Source: Candidatus Brockarchaeota archaeon
GTDB lineage: Archaea > Thermoproteota > EX4484-205 > JAAOZP01
DNA: 64,000 nt
Assembly (NCBI GenBank): GCA_017601395.1
Contig: JAFNIQ010000003.1
Span: 661 to 64,660, forward strand
Direction: 5' to 3'
This document shows positions 27,497-36,506 of this stretch, in pieces. Position numbers and translations under genes: made by a program. The number at the start of each line of letters is the position of its first letter. The first letter of the stretch is position 1. The notes beneath the pieces were generated by a model. The model saw only the letters and a program-made list of their open reading frames with translations. It was not told where the DNA came from and made no database searches.

Positions 27497-28805
27497 AGCC
27501 TGCTTCACCCGCGAGCTTTTTAAACTCCTCTTCAGTTAAATAGTATTTTCTGTCAACCTGGAGAAGGCTGCTTCTTACAAGCTCCACTAGCTTCTTAAGC
27601 CTTGGATCATTTTCGTCAACATCCTGGTTGATGATTTCCCTGAGCTTTAAAACTATTCCATGCTTCCCGGTTCTCCTCCCGATTATGATCTTCCTCGTCT
27701 GCCCCACTAGCTCCGGTGGGAAGACCTCGTATATCGCGGGCGCGATCCTTATTCCCTGCAGGTGGATGCCTGACTCGTGGGCGAACGCTGAGTCTCCAAC
27801 TATCGCCTTGTTCGTCGGAAGATGGTAGTTTAGCGCTGTAGCTATGAAGTTCGCCGTTTCCCTCAAAAGGGCCAGGTTCCACTTGTAAAAACCGTGGTGA
27901 ATATACAGGTTTAGTATTATTTTCTCAGTCTCAGCATTTCCAGACCTCTCCCCTATGCCTAGGAATGTCGTGCTAACGTAAAACGTATCATAGAGTCCTG
28001 AGGCTGCCCTTATAGCGGCCATAGTGTTCTCCACAGCGTTTCCTAGGTCGTCGTGAGCATGTATCTCTAGACTCTTAATTTTAGTTTCCTTCTTCAGAGA
28101 CCTGATCTTCTCAGGTATCCCGTTTGGAAGAGAATGGTCTGGGAGGGAGCACCCTACGCCCACGGTGTCGCATATTCTGTAAACCTCTGCACCCGCCTCT
28201 GCAACAGCGTTCACAAACTTCCTCTCGAAATCCCAGTCTGCCCTCGTGCTATCCTCTCCGTGTACGAAAACCTTTAACCCATGGTCTACCGCGTACTCAA
28301 CAGTCTCGACAACCCTGCTGACGAGATTGTAGACATGCTCGCCGGGCCATTTGGCGAAATGATAATATGAAACGGGGTGACTTACCCCTATCTGTTTTAA
28401 ATCCAGCTTGAGAATCTCGTCTACATCATGCTTGTCTGCCCTACTCCATCCTGCAAGAATCCCTCCGAGTCCATTGTCAATCATCATCCTGATGGCATCC
28501 CTATCGGTCGGAGTGTATGTCATGACCTCTATCCTCTCAACGCCTATCTCGTGTAGCAGCCTACCTATCTCAGCTAGATCCTCAGGTGCCGGTGTTGTCA
28601 AGCCAGCCATTTGAAGACCCTCTCTCAGAGTAGTATCATCTATAATCACGTCGACGTCTAGCTTTCTGGAGGGGTAGAGTATTTCCTTCAGCATCCTCCA
28701 AGCAGCCGGGTCGTGCTTCTGCTTGCTGAGTTTGAGTAGAATTTCAACAGCTTTCCTCCTGTCCTCCTCGTTTTTCTCATAATCTTTTTCGCTAATCATT
28801 CGCAT
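27486..28805 (-). CDS. Second HMGL-like (DRE-TIM) 2-oxoacid condensing enzyme (homocitrate / isopropylmalate / citramalate synthase family) with a 50-aa N-terminal extension and no LeuA-dimer regulatory domain
   Basis: IIDDTTLREGLQ and a HAHDDLGNAVENTMAA-type motif. 439 aa. Confidence 0.75.
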   Translation of the reverse strand: MRMISEKDYEKNEEDRRKAVEILLKLSKQKHDPAAWRMLKEILYPSRKLDVDVIIDDTTLREGLQMAGLTTPAPEDLAEIGRLLHEIGVERIEVMTYTPTDRDAIRMMIDNGLGGILAGWSRADKHDVDEILKLDLKQIGVSHPVSYYHFAKWPGEHVYNLVSRVVETVEYAVDHGLKVFVHGEDSTRADWDFERKFVNAVAEAGAEVYRICDTVGVGCSLPDHSLPNGIPEKIRSLKKETKIKSLEIHAHDDLGNAVENTMAAIRAASGLYDTFYVSTTFLGIGERSGNAETEKIILNLYIHHGFYKWNLALLRETANFIATALNYHLPTNKAIVGDSAFAHESGIHLQGIRIAPAIYEVFPPELVGQTRKIIIGRRTGKHGIVLKLREIINQDVDENDPRLKKLVELVRSSLLQVDRKYYLTEEEFKKLAGEAGFSV

Positions 28806-28913
28806 TCGGAAGGCTTGCTCATACCATTATGCTTAAAAACGTTTTGCTAAATGGGAAATGCTTAACCACTATGCCAGAATAACTTTATTAGGCGGTTTGG
28901 AGATGTTTAGACG

Positions 28914-29246
28914 ATGGTTAGGGTTAAAGTAACTTTCATAGGCAGCGTTGAGGTTGAGGGCGAGCCGGGTGTAAGAGTGGACTTCACGTCGATAGCCCCC
29001 TCAGGCGTTTTCGACAAGTCTTCCGAGGATGTTCTGTACGCGCAGGAGATGGTTAGGGGTGTTTTAAGCAGTCTCCAGCAAGCTGGGCTCATGCCGAGGC
29101 ATGGAAGCCCCAGGCTGATCATCTATCTCACAGAGAGCGAGTACAGGGCTCTCGGAAGCCCCCAGATAAATCAAATATACGAATTAGTGTTCGACAAGGG
29201 AATAAGGCTTGAAAAAGTATCCAAGGAATCCGGGGCAGTTGCCTAG
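28914..29246 (+). CDS. Hypothetical 110-aa protein
   Basis: ORF only. Confidence 0.35.
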   Translation: MVRVKVTFIGSVEVEGEPGVRVDFTSIAPSGVFDKSSEDVLYAQEMVRGVLSSLQQAGLMPRHGSPRLIIYLTESEYRALGSPQINQIYELVFDKGIRLEKVSKESGAVA

Positions 29247-29677
29247 GTTTCCAAGGGCTCGCTTTCGCTTTGACTCATAAGGTCGGGCAGCTTCTCAAGT
29301 ATCGCCATCGCTTCCTTCAGGCTTTCATACTCGTTCCTGCTCTCCTCCATGGCGTAGTTCAGCGCAGTAGCTATCTTGTTATATCTTTCCTCAGCAATCT
29401 CCTGCGCTGAGTACCTGATCTCGTTGTTAGCTATCAGCTTCTCAATAACATCTATCTGCTGCTGAACCTCCTTCATCCTGTTCTCAAGCTTCTCCAAAAC
29501 CGTCTGCTTCTTAGCCTCAATCGACTTCACATAGTTTTCAAACTCTTTCTGCAGGAAATCGGCTGTTTTATCAGATATTTTTCCTGTTTCCCTCATTGTT
29601 TTCAAAGTTTGAAGTTTTTTACGGTAAATATTTACTGTCTTCACCGCTTCTTCAAAGTCCGACTCCCAGCTGAACAT
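29243..29677 (-). CDS. Hypothetical coiled-coil protein
   Basis: Heptad-rich charged sequence. ATG at 29677 preferred over the TTG at 29695. Confidence 0.45.
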   Translation of the reverse strand: MFSWESDFEEAVKTVNIYRKKLQTLKTMRETGKISDKTADFLQKEFENYVKSIEAKKQTVLEKLENRMKEVQQQIDVIEKLIANNEIRYSAQEIAEERYNKIATALNYAMEESRNEYESLKEAMAILEKLPDLMSQSESEPLET

Positions 29678-29822
29678 ACGCTCTTTATTATCCAACTAAT
29701 CCTATTTAACTTTTTCCAAGAGAAGTCGAAAATGTTTGACAAAGAGTCTTAACCCTTTTTTTCAACATAAACAGTTATTAAAAAGCATGCATTATCCGTC
29801 TCCAGCCTGGGGGTGAGCAGGG

Positions 29823-30836
29823 TTGCCAGCAGTATGGTTGCCATACGGGTCGACAAGCATAAGCATCAGGATTGACCCTGAGGATTTAGCCTGGGTTGTG
29901 TCCAGAGAACTCGTCCTCGACTACTCCATGCTGCTTTCATCTTTGAAGAACATTCTGAAGGACTCTGTCAAGGATGGGGCCGCTCTACTTTTGGACCCCA
30001 CGCTCCCCGCTGTTTTAAAGCAGGGCATTGGAGGAGGCTTTAGAGAGTTGTTAAGCTTCGACTTGTTAAGCCCTGTTTCAACCGTAGAGGATTCCATGCG
30101 GTCAGCCTGCCTTGTGAGCTGTCCACACCCGGATGCTTTAATCGGGTTTAGGGGTTTAGGCGAGAATCTTTTCCCGTTTTACCCTAAGCTTTGGAAGGAG
30201 TTTACATCAGGTTTTCTCGAAGCAGCCGAGTCCGGTGGTAAAATCGATTTAAAACCCTATTTGAGCAAGCTTTGCGACAATTTAGACCTGAAGGTCGTCA
30301 CGCTTATTCCGCTGGAGGGTGATCCCAAGGTTATTTCAGGAAGCCCTGTTGAGGTCTACGAGGCTTTAAACAGTCTTCAACCCGGCTTGGTGTCGACTCA
30401 AACCCCCGTCCAGGTTCTCGTGATATCGGCTGGTGGAAACCCTTTCGACGAGTCTTTGAGCAGAGCGATGAGCATAATTCCGAATTGCTTGCAGGGTGCG
30501 GAATGCGACAGGATTATACTTGCTATTGAAGGTTTGAAAGGCCTAGGCTTACCCCCAGACCTGGTTAGTGATAATGCTGAGCCGGATTCGCCTCTAATAG
30601 CGAAGTACATCAGTTTCTGCAGAAACCTGTTAAACGGGAAGACTGTGCACGTGGTTTCAGCGATCCCCGAGCCTCTCCTTAGAACCGTCTTAGACTGCAG
30701 GGCTCACGACGCTCTTCTCGATGCGTACAGGGCTTCCCGCCTGTTTCTCGCCAAGGGCTCGAAAACAGGTATTGTCACTAATGCCTCCTTCACTGTTTTA
30801 CGTTTCGAGACCCCTAAAAACGCGCTTAAAGAGTAA
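29823..30836 (+). CDS. Hypothetical 337-aa protein, no confident domain
   Basis: Long ORF with a TTG start. Several conserved-looking Cys/His residues. Confidence 0.45.
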   Translation: MPAVWLPYGSTSISIRIDPEDLAWVVSRELVLDYSMLLSSLKNILKDSVKDGAALLLDPTLPAVLKQGIGGGFRELLSFDLLSPVSTVEDSMRSACLVSCPHPDALIGFRGLGENLFPFYPKLWKEFTSGFLEAAESGGKIDLKPYLSKLCDNLDLKVVTLIPLEGDPKVISGSPVEVYEALNSLQPGLVSTQTPVQVLVISAGGNPFDESLSRAMSIIPNCLQGAECDRIILAIEGLKGLGLPPDLVSDNAEPDSPLIAKYISFCRNLLNGKTVHVVSAIPEPLLRTVLDCRAHDALLDAYRASRLFLAKGSKTGIVTNASFTVLRFETPKNALKE

Positions 30837-30882
30837 GCATAATAGTTTTAAAGAGGCAGGCGTGCTCGGAAAAAACGGGAAA

Positions 30883-31380
30883 ATGGTTACCGCCTTGACT
30901 GACGAGGTGGTCATTAAGCATGCGGAGCCGGAGAATCTTCCAAGCGTTATTGAGATAAACAGACTAGAGCTTCCTGAAAACTATCCGCCTTCCTTCTTCA
31001 TGGATCTGCTTGAAAGGTTTCCAAACTATTTTCTCGTGGCGGTTCTTGCTAAAACCGGGGAGGTCGTCGGATACGTGATGTGCAGAATCGAAACAGGCTT
31101 CCCCTCGGAAGGAGGCTTCACTATAGTGAGAAAGGGACATGTGGTAAGCTTGGCCGTTAAAAAGCAGTTTCACGGAAAAGGGATTGGGAAAACCCTTATG
31201 GCCTCAGTGCTGGATGAGATGGTCCGCAACTCTATCGACGAGAGCTTCCTCGAAGTGAGGGTTAATAACGAGAAGGCGATCAGGCTTTATAAGGCGCTTG
31301 GCTATCGTGTTGTCCGCGAGATTCCCCACTATTATTTGGATGGAACATCAGGGTTGCTGATGGTTAAAAAGCTTCGTTAG
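30883..31380 (+). CDS. GNAT N-acetyltransferase (RimI/Ard1-like N-alpha-acetyltransferase)
   Basis: VSLAVKKQFHGKGIGKTLM acetyl-CoA motif and a YKALGY motif. ATG at 30883 chosen to avoid overlap with the upstream gene. Confidence 0.7.
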   Translation: MVTALTDEVVIKHAEPENLPSVIEINRLELPENYPPSFFMDLLERFPNYFLVAVLAKTGEVVGYVMCRIETGFPSEGGFTIVRKGHVVSLAVKKQFHGKGIGKTLMASVLDEMVRNSIDESFLEVRVNNEKAIRLYKALGYRVVREIPHYYLDGTSGLLMVKKLR

Positions 31381-31443
31381 CTGAAGGACTAAGAATGGGG
31401 ACATTAAAAAACAAAGATGATGGTTGTGCTGGTTTGCTTTCCT

Positions 31444-31740
31444 TTAAGCCTTTGAAACAGTTATCTCTATCGTCGAGATGAACCTCTGCCTGTTGTCAGG
31501 CGTCTGGAATGTCTCCGTGCCTATCTGAACGTTTTTCAGAACCATCTGGTTTCCTAGGAACCTTCTCTTAAGGATCTCCACGACGTCAACAGCCTTCGAT
31601 ATTGCTCTCCCTCTTGCCTTCAGAGTGACCTCGCTTTGCTCAGACGTCAGCTGCATTAACGCAGCAACTGCGTATACTAACGCTGGCTTCTTGCCTACGA
31701 GCACTACGTTAGGAGACGGTCCAGTGGTTTGTGCGCACAT
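31444..31740 (-). CDS. albA: Alba chromatin / DNA-RNA-binding protein
   Basis: NVVLVGKKPALVYAVAALMQL...KARGRAISKAVDVVEILKRRF is a strong Alba match. Confidence 0.85.
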   Translation of the reverse strand: MCAQTTGPSPNVVLVGKKPALVYAVAALMQLTSEQSEVTLKARGRAISKAVDVVEILKRRFLGNQMVLKNVQIGTETFQTPDNRQRFISTIEITVSKA

Positions 31741-31878
31741 GGTTTACTTTTACACCTCCTCCTTGCGTAGGGAGGGTTGGATAGCCGGAATAAAAATCTT
31801 TCTGCCCGCCAGTCTAGAGCCTTAATAGGGCTCTCCACCGGTCCCACGTTAAAAGTATCCGGTGGCCCAATATGTGGT

Positions 31879-32160
31879 TTAATCCTCTACTTCTAAGTCG
31901 CTTAACGGGACGTAAACGTAGCTTCCGTCAGGCATCCTTCTGCCGATTATCAGCGGGAGGATCTTTTTCTCAACCTCTTGCGTCGCTATTTCGATAGCGC
32001 TCAGCCTACTGCTCTGCTCAACAGGTATCAAAGGGGGAGCGCCCAGTGAGAGTTCAAGAGCTCTTAAACCTATTATTCTCGCCTTCTCAAACTTAGTTAG
32101 CCTTTTTTTGGAGACCTCTATTCTCTTCTCAATACTGTTTTTTAAAGAGGAGATGCTCAA
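31879..32160 (-). CDS. rpoK: DNA-directed RNA polymerase subunit K (Rpo6/RpoK)
   Basis: LTKFEKARIIGLRALELSLGAPP core motif. TTG start. Confidence 0.75.
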   Translation of the reverse strand: MSISSLKNSIEKRIEVSKKRLTKFEKARIIGLRALELSLGAPPLIPVEQSSRLSAIEIATQEVEKKILPLIIGRRMPDGSYVYVPLSDLEVED

Positions 32161-32193
32161 TGTTTAGCTTCAGCTTCCAAAGCGATTTTCATT

Positions 32194-33816
32194 CTACTCT
32201 TCCGCCCCGCCTTCCCTCCCCTTTGGAGGCTTCATTTTCGCCGCCATGATTACGTCGTCAACCCTTAGAAGGATTGTGGCTGTTTCAAGGGCAGCCAGGT
32301 ACACCGTTTTCTTAACCCTGTAGGAGTCGAGTATTCCTTTTTCAATAGTATTCGTGATTCCTCCGCTGAAAGCATCGAAGCCTGCTGTCTTCTCTCCTTT
32401 AGCATGCCTCGCCTTAAGCTCGGTTAAAACCTCGTCTGGGTCCCTACCTGAATTAGCTACGATCTGCTTCACATATGATTCGAACACTCTGCTTAATGAT
32501 TCGAGCACAATGCCCTCCTTTCCTCCCTTAGCCATCTCCGCGAGTTTACGTGAAAGGAAGACCTCGACAGCTCCGCCACCCGGTAGAACATAGGGCTCCT
32601 CGACAAGCGTCCTCTGAACAGCGATGCAGTTCTTAACGATTCTCTCCGCCTCGTCGGCAATCTTATCGTTCTCCCCCCTCACTAGGATGGTGTGAACCGC
32701 TTTGTTCGGAACCTTCTCGACGAACGTCCATTTTTCTCCGCCTGTTTTCCGCTCCTCCACAATGCCTGCGAAACCAAGCTTATCCTCAGTCAAGTCTTCC
32801 AAGACGCTCACGATTTTCGCCCCGGTGGCGAGTGCAAGCTTCTCCATGTCTGATTTCTTAACTCTCCTAAGGCTCATGATTCCCTTCTTCGCCAAGAGAT
32901 ATTGGGCATAGTCGTCAATGCCTTTCTGGACGAAAACCACGTTGACTTTCAACTCTGAAAGCCTGTTGACTATGTCGCTCATCATTTTCTGCTCCGTCTT
33001 GAGGAATTCCCTGATCATCCTGGCGTCGCTGAATTTCAGCCTCTCGTCTGTCTCAGTCTTCTTAACTTCAATCGGCATGTCTAGAAGGGCTATTCTAGCG
33101 TTCTCAACCCTTTTAGGCATGTCGGGATGCACAATCTCCTTGTCGAGTGCAACTCCCTCGATGAGCTGAGTATCCAGAATCGATCCGCCACTCTTCTTCT
33201 CGGTTTTCAAGAACTCGTCGAAAACTCTAGTGTTCTCAACCCCTTTCTCAATTATTCTTTTAGCTGCTTCAACAGATATGTCGGCGAGCCTCTCCCTTGC
33301 TGCCGTGTTTAGCGATAAGGGTATTGTGGACAATACTGTTTTCCTTAAAACATCAGGGTCTCTCGGGTCGATCTTGATTGCAAGCTCGCTCTTCAAAGCG
33401 TCGAGACCCTTCCTAACCCCCTCAGTATACGCGTCGATTATTATCGAGGGATGTATCCCCATATTCATCAGGGAGTCGGCTTCCTTAAACATTAAATGGG
33501 TTAACACCACTAGACTTGTAACCCCGTCGCCGACCTCCTTGTTCTGAGACTTAGCCGCGTCTACAATCAGCTTTGCAGCAGGATGCTCAACCTCCAGCTC
33601 GCTCATTATCGTCGCCCCGTCGCCGGTTATCGTGGTGTCGCCGAACGTATCCACAAGGATTTTTCTGTATCCTAATGGGCCTAGGGCTGACCTGACGGTT
33701 TCGAAGATCACTTCTGATGCCAGAAGATTGTAAAGCTGAGCCTCCTTTTCAAAGCTCCTCCTGCTTCCCTCTTTAAGAATTATCGAGGGAATAACCTTTA
33801 CTTGCGAGGAGCTCAT
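32194..33816 (-). CDS. ths: Thermosome subunit (group II chaperonin)
   Basis: ALGPLGYRKILVD, GDTTITGDGATI, GGGAVE and VDDVIAAK motifs. ATG at 33816 (MSSSQVKV...) preferred over the GTG at 33825. Confidence 0.9.
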   Translation of the reverse strand: MSSSQVKVIPSIILKEGSRRSFEKEAQLYNLLASEVIFETVRSALGPLGYRKILVDTFGDTTITGDGATIMSELEVEHPAAKLIVDAAKSQNKEVGDGVTSLVVLTHLMFKEADSLMNMGIHPSIIIDAYTEGVRKGLDALKSELAIKIDPRDPDVLRKTVLSTIPLSLNTAARERLADISVEAAKRIIEKGVENTRVFDEFLKTEKKSGGSILDTQLIEGVALDKEIVHPDMPKRVENARIALLDMPIEVKKTETDERLKFSDARMIREFLKTEQKMMSDIVNRLSELKVNVVFVQKGIDDYAQYLLAKKGIMSLRRVKKSDMEKLALATGAKIVSVLEDLTEDKLGFAGIVEERKTGGEKWTFVEKVPNKAVHTILVRGENDKIADEAERIVKNCIAVQRTLVEEPYVLPGGGAVEVFLSRKLAEMAKGGKEGIVLESLSRVFESYVKQIVANSGRDPDEVLTELKARHAKGEKTAGFDAFSGGITNTIEKGILDSYRVKKTVYLAALETATILLRVDDVIMAAKMKPPKGREGGAEE

Positions 33817-33845
33817 TTTACTCACCGCATTCTACCTCGAGAAAA

Positions 33846-33862
33846 CCCATTTTTAAGCCTTT
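33846..33862 (-). promoter_or_regulatory. Candidate BRE/TATA element (aaaggcttaaaaatggg, minus-strand sense) upstream of the thermosome gene
   Basis: AT-rich TATA-like box about 35-45 nt upstream of the ATG at 33816. Confidence 0.3.
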
Positions 33863-33986
33863 CTAAACTAGAATCGGTTGAAACAAGCCATTTAGACGGT
33901 GTTCCTCAATCAGTGGTTGAAAGTTTGCTTAACACGGCCTATGCAGAACCCGCCAGCAAGTATGCATTAGAAATGCTCCTGAAAAC

Positions 33987-34217
33987 CTAAAAGCCGCTTG
34001 AAAAAGCCTTGTACTGGACTATCCTGTCCATAACCTCGACGAACTCCCTTTCAATATCGTGCTTCTTCTTCTCATACTCCTCCTTGCTTATCCTTCCCTC
34101 TTCAAATTTTTTACGAAGGTCCTCATACTCTTTTTCAAGCCTTTCCTTCTCCTTCTCCAAGCGTTTCAGCCTTTCCTCAGAGTCCGGGGGCCCTATGAGT
34201 ATGAACAATCCAACCAC
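33987..34217 (-). CDS. Hypothetical small protein: N-terminal hydrophobic segment plus charged coiled coil
   Basis: 76 aa, GTG start, KE-rich helical tail. Confidence 0.3.
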   Translation of the reverse strand: MVGLFILIGPPDSEERLKRLEKEKERLEKEYEDLRKKFEEGRISKEEYEKKKHDIEREFVEVMDRIVQYKAFSSGF

Positions 34218-34262
34218 CCTAAGCCTTATTAATATCCTGCGAAGGGTTTCTGTTAAACTTTT

Positions 34263-34637
34263 ATGTCGGTGGATGTGCTCGAGCTAAAAATAGTTTCGGG
34301 TGAAAGTGACGTCTGCAGGTTTAGTGTTAAACGAGGCTTTTCGCCGAGGGTTTTCTCAGCCCTAGGCGGCTCCCTGCCGAAGATAGGTGTTGTGGGGAAG
34401 GGGGACACTTACCTGTACTTAACCATGGGCTTGAAAATCGGGGTTGAAAAGACTCTTTCAGAGGCGTCTCAGGGGGATGTGGGTTATTCTCCCCGCTTCC
34501 AGGGGTTGGTTTTCTTCACATCCGACTCGCCCGACTGCAGGTTTCTAAACGTCACTCTTATCGGAAGACTGTTGACCCCGATAGATCCTTTGAAAAACCT
34601 TAGAGAGGGAGAGGTTGTTTCTGTTTCCCGTGTTTAA
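34263..34637 (+). CDS. Hypothetical protein, likely cyclophilin-like-fold family; paralog of 62747..63148
   Basis: Shares GDVGYSPRFQGLVFFTS vs GEVAYWPPGRALCIFFG and a C-terminal GEVVSV vs GEEILV with the other ORF. Confidence 0.45.
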   Translation: MSVDVLELKIVSGESDVCRFSVKRGFSPRVFSALGGSLPKIGVVGKGDTYLYLTMGLKIGVEKTLSEASQGDVGYSPRFQGLVFFTSDSPDCRFLNVTLIGRLLTPIDPLKNLREGEVVSVSRV

Positions 34638-34942
34638 GCGGCTTGCGGAAAAGCATAAACGGGAACGCTGCTATTGCCAGCAACCCTCTTCACTAGTCCT
34701 CTTTCCTCCAATCGTTTAAGAAGCCTCTTGGCTTCCCCCATTTTCAAGCCTGTTTGACTGAAGACAACGTAGGGTGTTAAAACCTTAACGCTCTTAAGCT
34801 TCTCGAGCATCTTATCGTCCTCATCGCGTAGAATTTCACCAACCTTCTTCTCGCTTTTTAGGCGTTCAGCCTTCTCCTTCTTACTCTCCTCCTTCTGCCT
34901 CTTCTCCAGCTGGCTTAAGCGAAGCTTCTTAGACCCGCCCAT
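34634..34942 (-). CDS. rps25e: Ribosomal protein S25e
   Basis: KVLTPYVVFSQTGLKMGEAKRLLKRLEERGLV matches the S25e winged-helix core. Lys-rich N-terminus. Confidence 0.8.
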   Translation of the reverse strand: MGGSKKLRLSQLEKRQKEESKKEKAERLKSEKKVGEILRDEDDKMLEKLKSVKVLTPYVVFSQTGLKMGEAKRLLKRLEERGLVKRVAGNSSVPVYAFPQAA

Positions 34943-35040
34943 TTTTAAGACGGTAATTCTCCGCAGTCCCTCTAGATAAATTTAACCCCTATTAGTTTAA
35001 ATACTCTTGGAGAGAATAGTTAGCCAAAAAGGGGAGGGGG

Positions 35041-35610
35041 TTGAAGCCGAGCAGGAAGGCATTAACCGTGGACGAGGTTATGAGTTATCCGGTTATATCG
35101 ATAAGCCCAGGGGAGTCTGTTCACACAGCTGTTCTCCAAATGGTTCAACACGATATAAGCTCGCTAATCGTTGTGGACGATGAGGGGAAGGATGTTGGAA
35201 TAATTACTGAGAGGGATGTTATAGAGAAGGTTGTCGCCAAATCCAAGGATCCTCGGCTTGTGAAAGTGAGGGAAGTCATGTCTAACCCGCTGAAGAAGAT
35301 CAGCAGCGACAGCAGTATTGTAGAGGCTCTCGACAAGATGAGGAGGAGCAAAATTAAGAAGCTCGGCGTCGAGAGGGGCGGGCGGCTTGTGGGAATAGTC
35401 TCTGAGAGAGACCTGGTCTACGCTATACCTGCAATATACGAGCTGATTGAAAAAACAGCCATGGAGCGTTCAAGAAGCGTAATAAGGAAAGAGTTTTACG
35501 AAGGATTCTGCGAGGAGTGTGGCATGTGGTCCGACTCTCTAAGCATCGTTGAAGGAAGGCTTCTATGCGAAGACTGCATGGCCGACCTTAAAATCGCCTC
35601 TGAAGAGTAG
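35041..35610 (+). CDS. CBS-domain pair protein with C-terminal zinc ribbon
   Basis: Two CBS-like units (VISISPGESVHTAV..., GVERGGRLVGIVSERDLV) and a C-terminal CEECG...CEDC motif. TTG start. Confidence 0.65.
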   Translation: MKPSRKALTVDEVMSYPVISISPGESVHTAVLQMVQHDISSLIVVDDEGKDVGIITERDVIEKVVAKSKDPRLVKVREVMSNPLKKISSDSSIVEALDKMRRSKIKKLGVERGGRLVGIVSERDLVYAIPAIYELIEKTAMERSRSVIRKEFYEGFCEECGMWSDSLSIVEGRLLCEDCMADLKIASEE

Positions 35611-35645
35611 AGTTGAGCAGGGATAGGGAGAAAGGATTAAGATAC

Positions 35646-36506
35646 ATGAAGGACCGCCCTCGAAAGAGGGTTCAGTCGTACTCTTCGCCTTCAACAGTAC
35701 TGTACTACGCTACTTCCCCGCCGCTATCGGTAACCAAGACCACTCCATTGTCACGGCTTCTTGAAACAATGGTTGCAAGAGGCTTTAGAAGAGTTTTCGT
35801 GGCTACGGCGAGCGGTCTTCTCGAGGGGATCGTGACCCCGATGGAGGTTGTTAAATACCTGCTCTGGAAGTCTAGAGAATCTCCTGGAATGCCTGTCATG
35901 GACATAATGTCGACGCCTGTGGCTAGGCTCATGCGTAAAGACGTGGTAAGCATAGGCCTGTCTGGAAACATGTCGGAGTCAATAGTTTTGATGAAGAAGA
36001 ACGGTGTTAACAGTCTTGCAGTAGTGGACAACAGCAACCGGCTCAAAGCTGTTTTGACGGTTCGGGACGTGCTTGAGAGGTTTAACTATTCTCTGGAAAG
36101 CGGGTTCGTCGAAGACTACATGTCTAAGTCTCCGGTTTGCATCTCAATAGACAGGAGTCTGAGGGAAGGTGTTGAAACCATGGTCAGCTCTGGACACAGG
36201 CGTTTACCATGCTTGGAGAAGTCTAAGCCAGTAGGGTTATTCTCATCCCGCTCAATAGTCAGGTTCCTCGGTGGCCGGGAGTTCTTCAAGCATGCTGGTG
36301 AGACGCTGGGAGAGCTTATGTCGCTAAGCGTTGTCGGCTTCACCGTGAGGGATCCTCCTATTCTGGATCCTCAGGCCAGGGTAACTGAGGCTTGGGAAAT
36401 AGTCAAGAGGAGCAGTTACGGCTCAGCCCTAGTGGTTGAATCCGGCTCTCTGGAAGGCTTTTTAACGGAAATGGATTTTCTAAAGGCCATTAGGATTGGA
36501 CCCTAG
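35646..36506 (+). CDS. Protein with four tandem CBS domains
   Basis: Repeated CBS-like segments (GFRRVFVAT..GLLEGIVT, VNSLAVVDNSNRLKAVLTVRDV, GHRRLPCLEK, YGSALVVESGSLEGFLTEMDF). ATG at 35646. Confidence 0.65.
   Translation: MKDRPRKRVQSYSSPSTVLYYATSPPLSVTKTTPLSRLLETMVARGFRRVFVATASGLLEGIVTPMEVVKYLLWKSRESPGMPVMDIMSTPVARLMRKDVVSIGLSGNMSESIVLMKKNGVNSLAVVDNSNRLKAVLTVRDVLERFNYSLESGFVEDYMSKSPVCISIDRSLREGVETMVSSGHRRLPCLEKSKPVGLFSSRSIVRFLGGREFFKHAGETLGELMSLSVVGFTVRDPPILDPQARVTEAWEIVKRSSYGSALVVESGSLEGFLTEMDFLKAIRIGP

Noticed and set aside
29243-29677. Coiled-coil protein considered as CdvA/ESCRT-III or prefoldin
   Set aside because: It is too short for ESCRT-III, lacks the PRC-barrel region of CdvA, and lacks the beta-hairpin spacing of prefoldin. 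Left as hypothetical.
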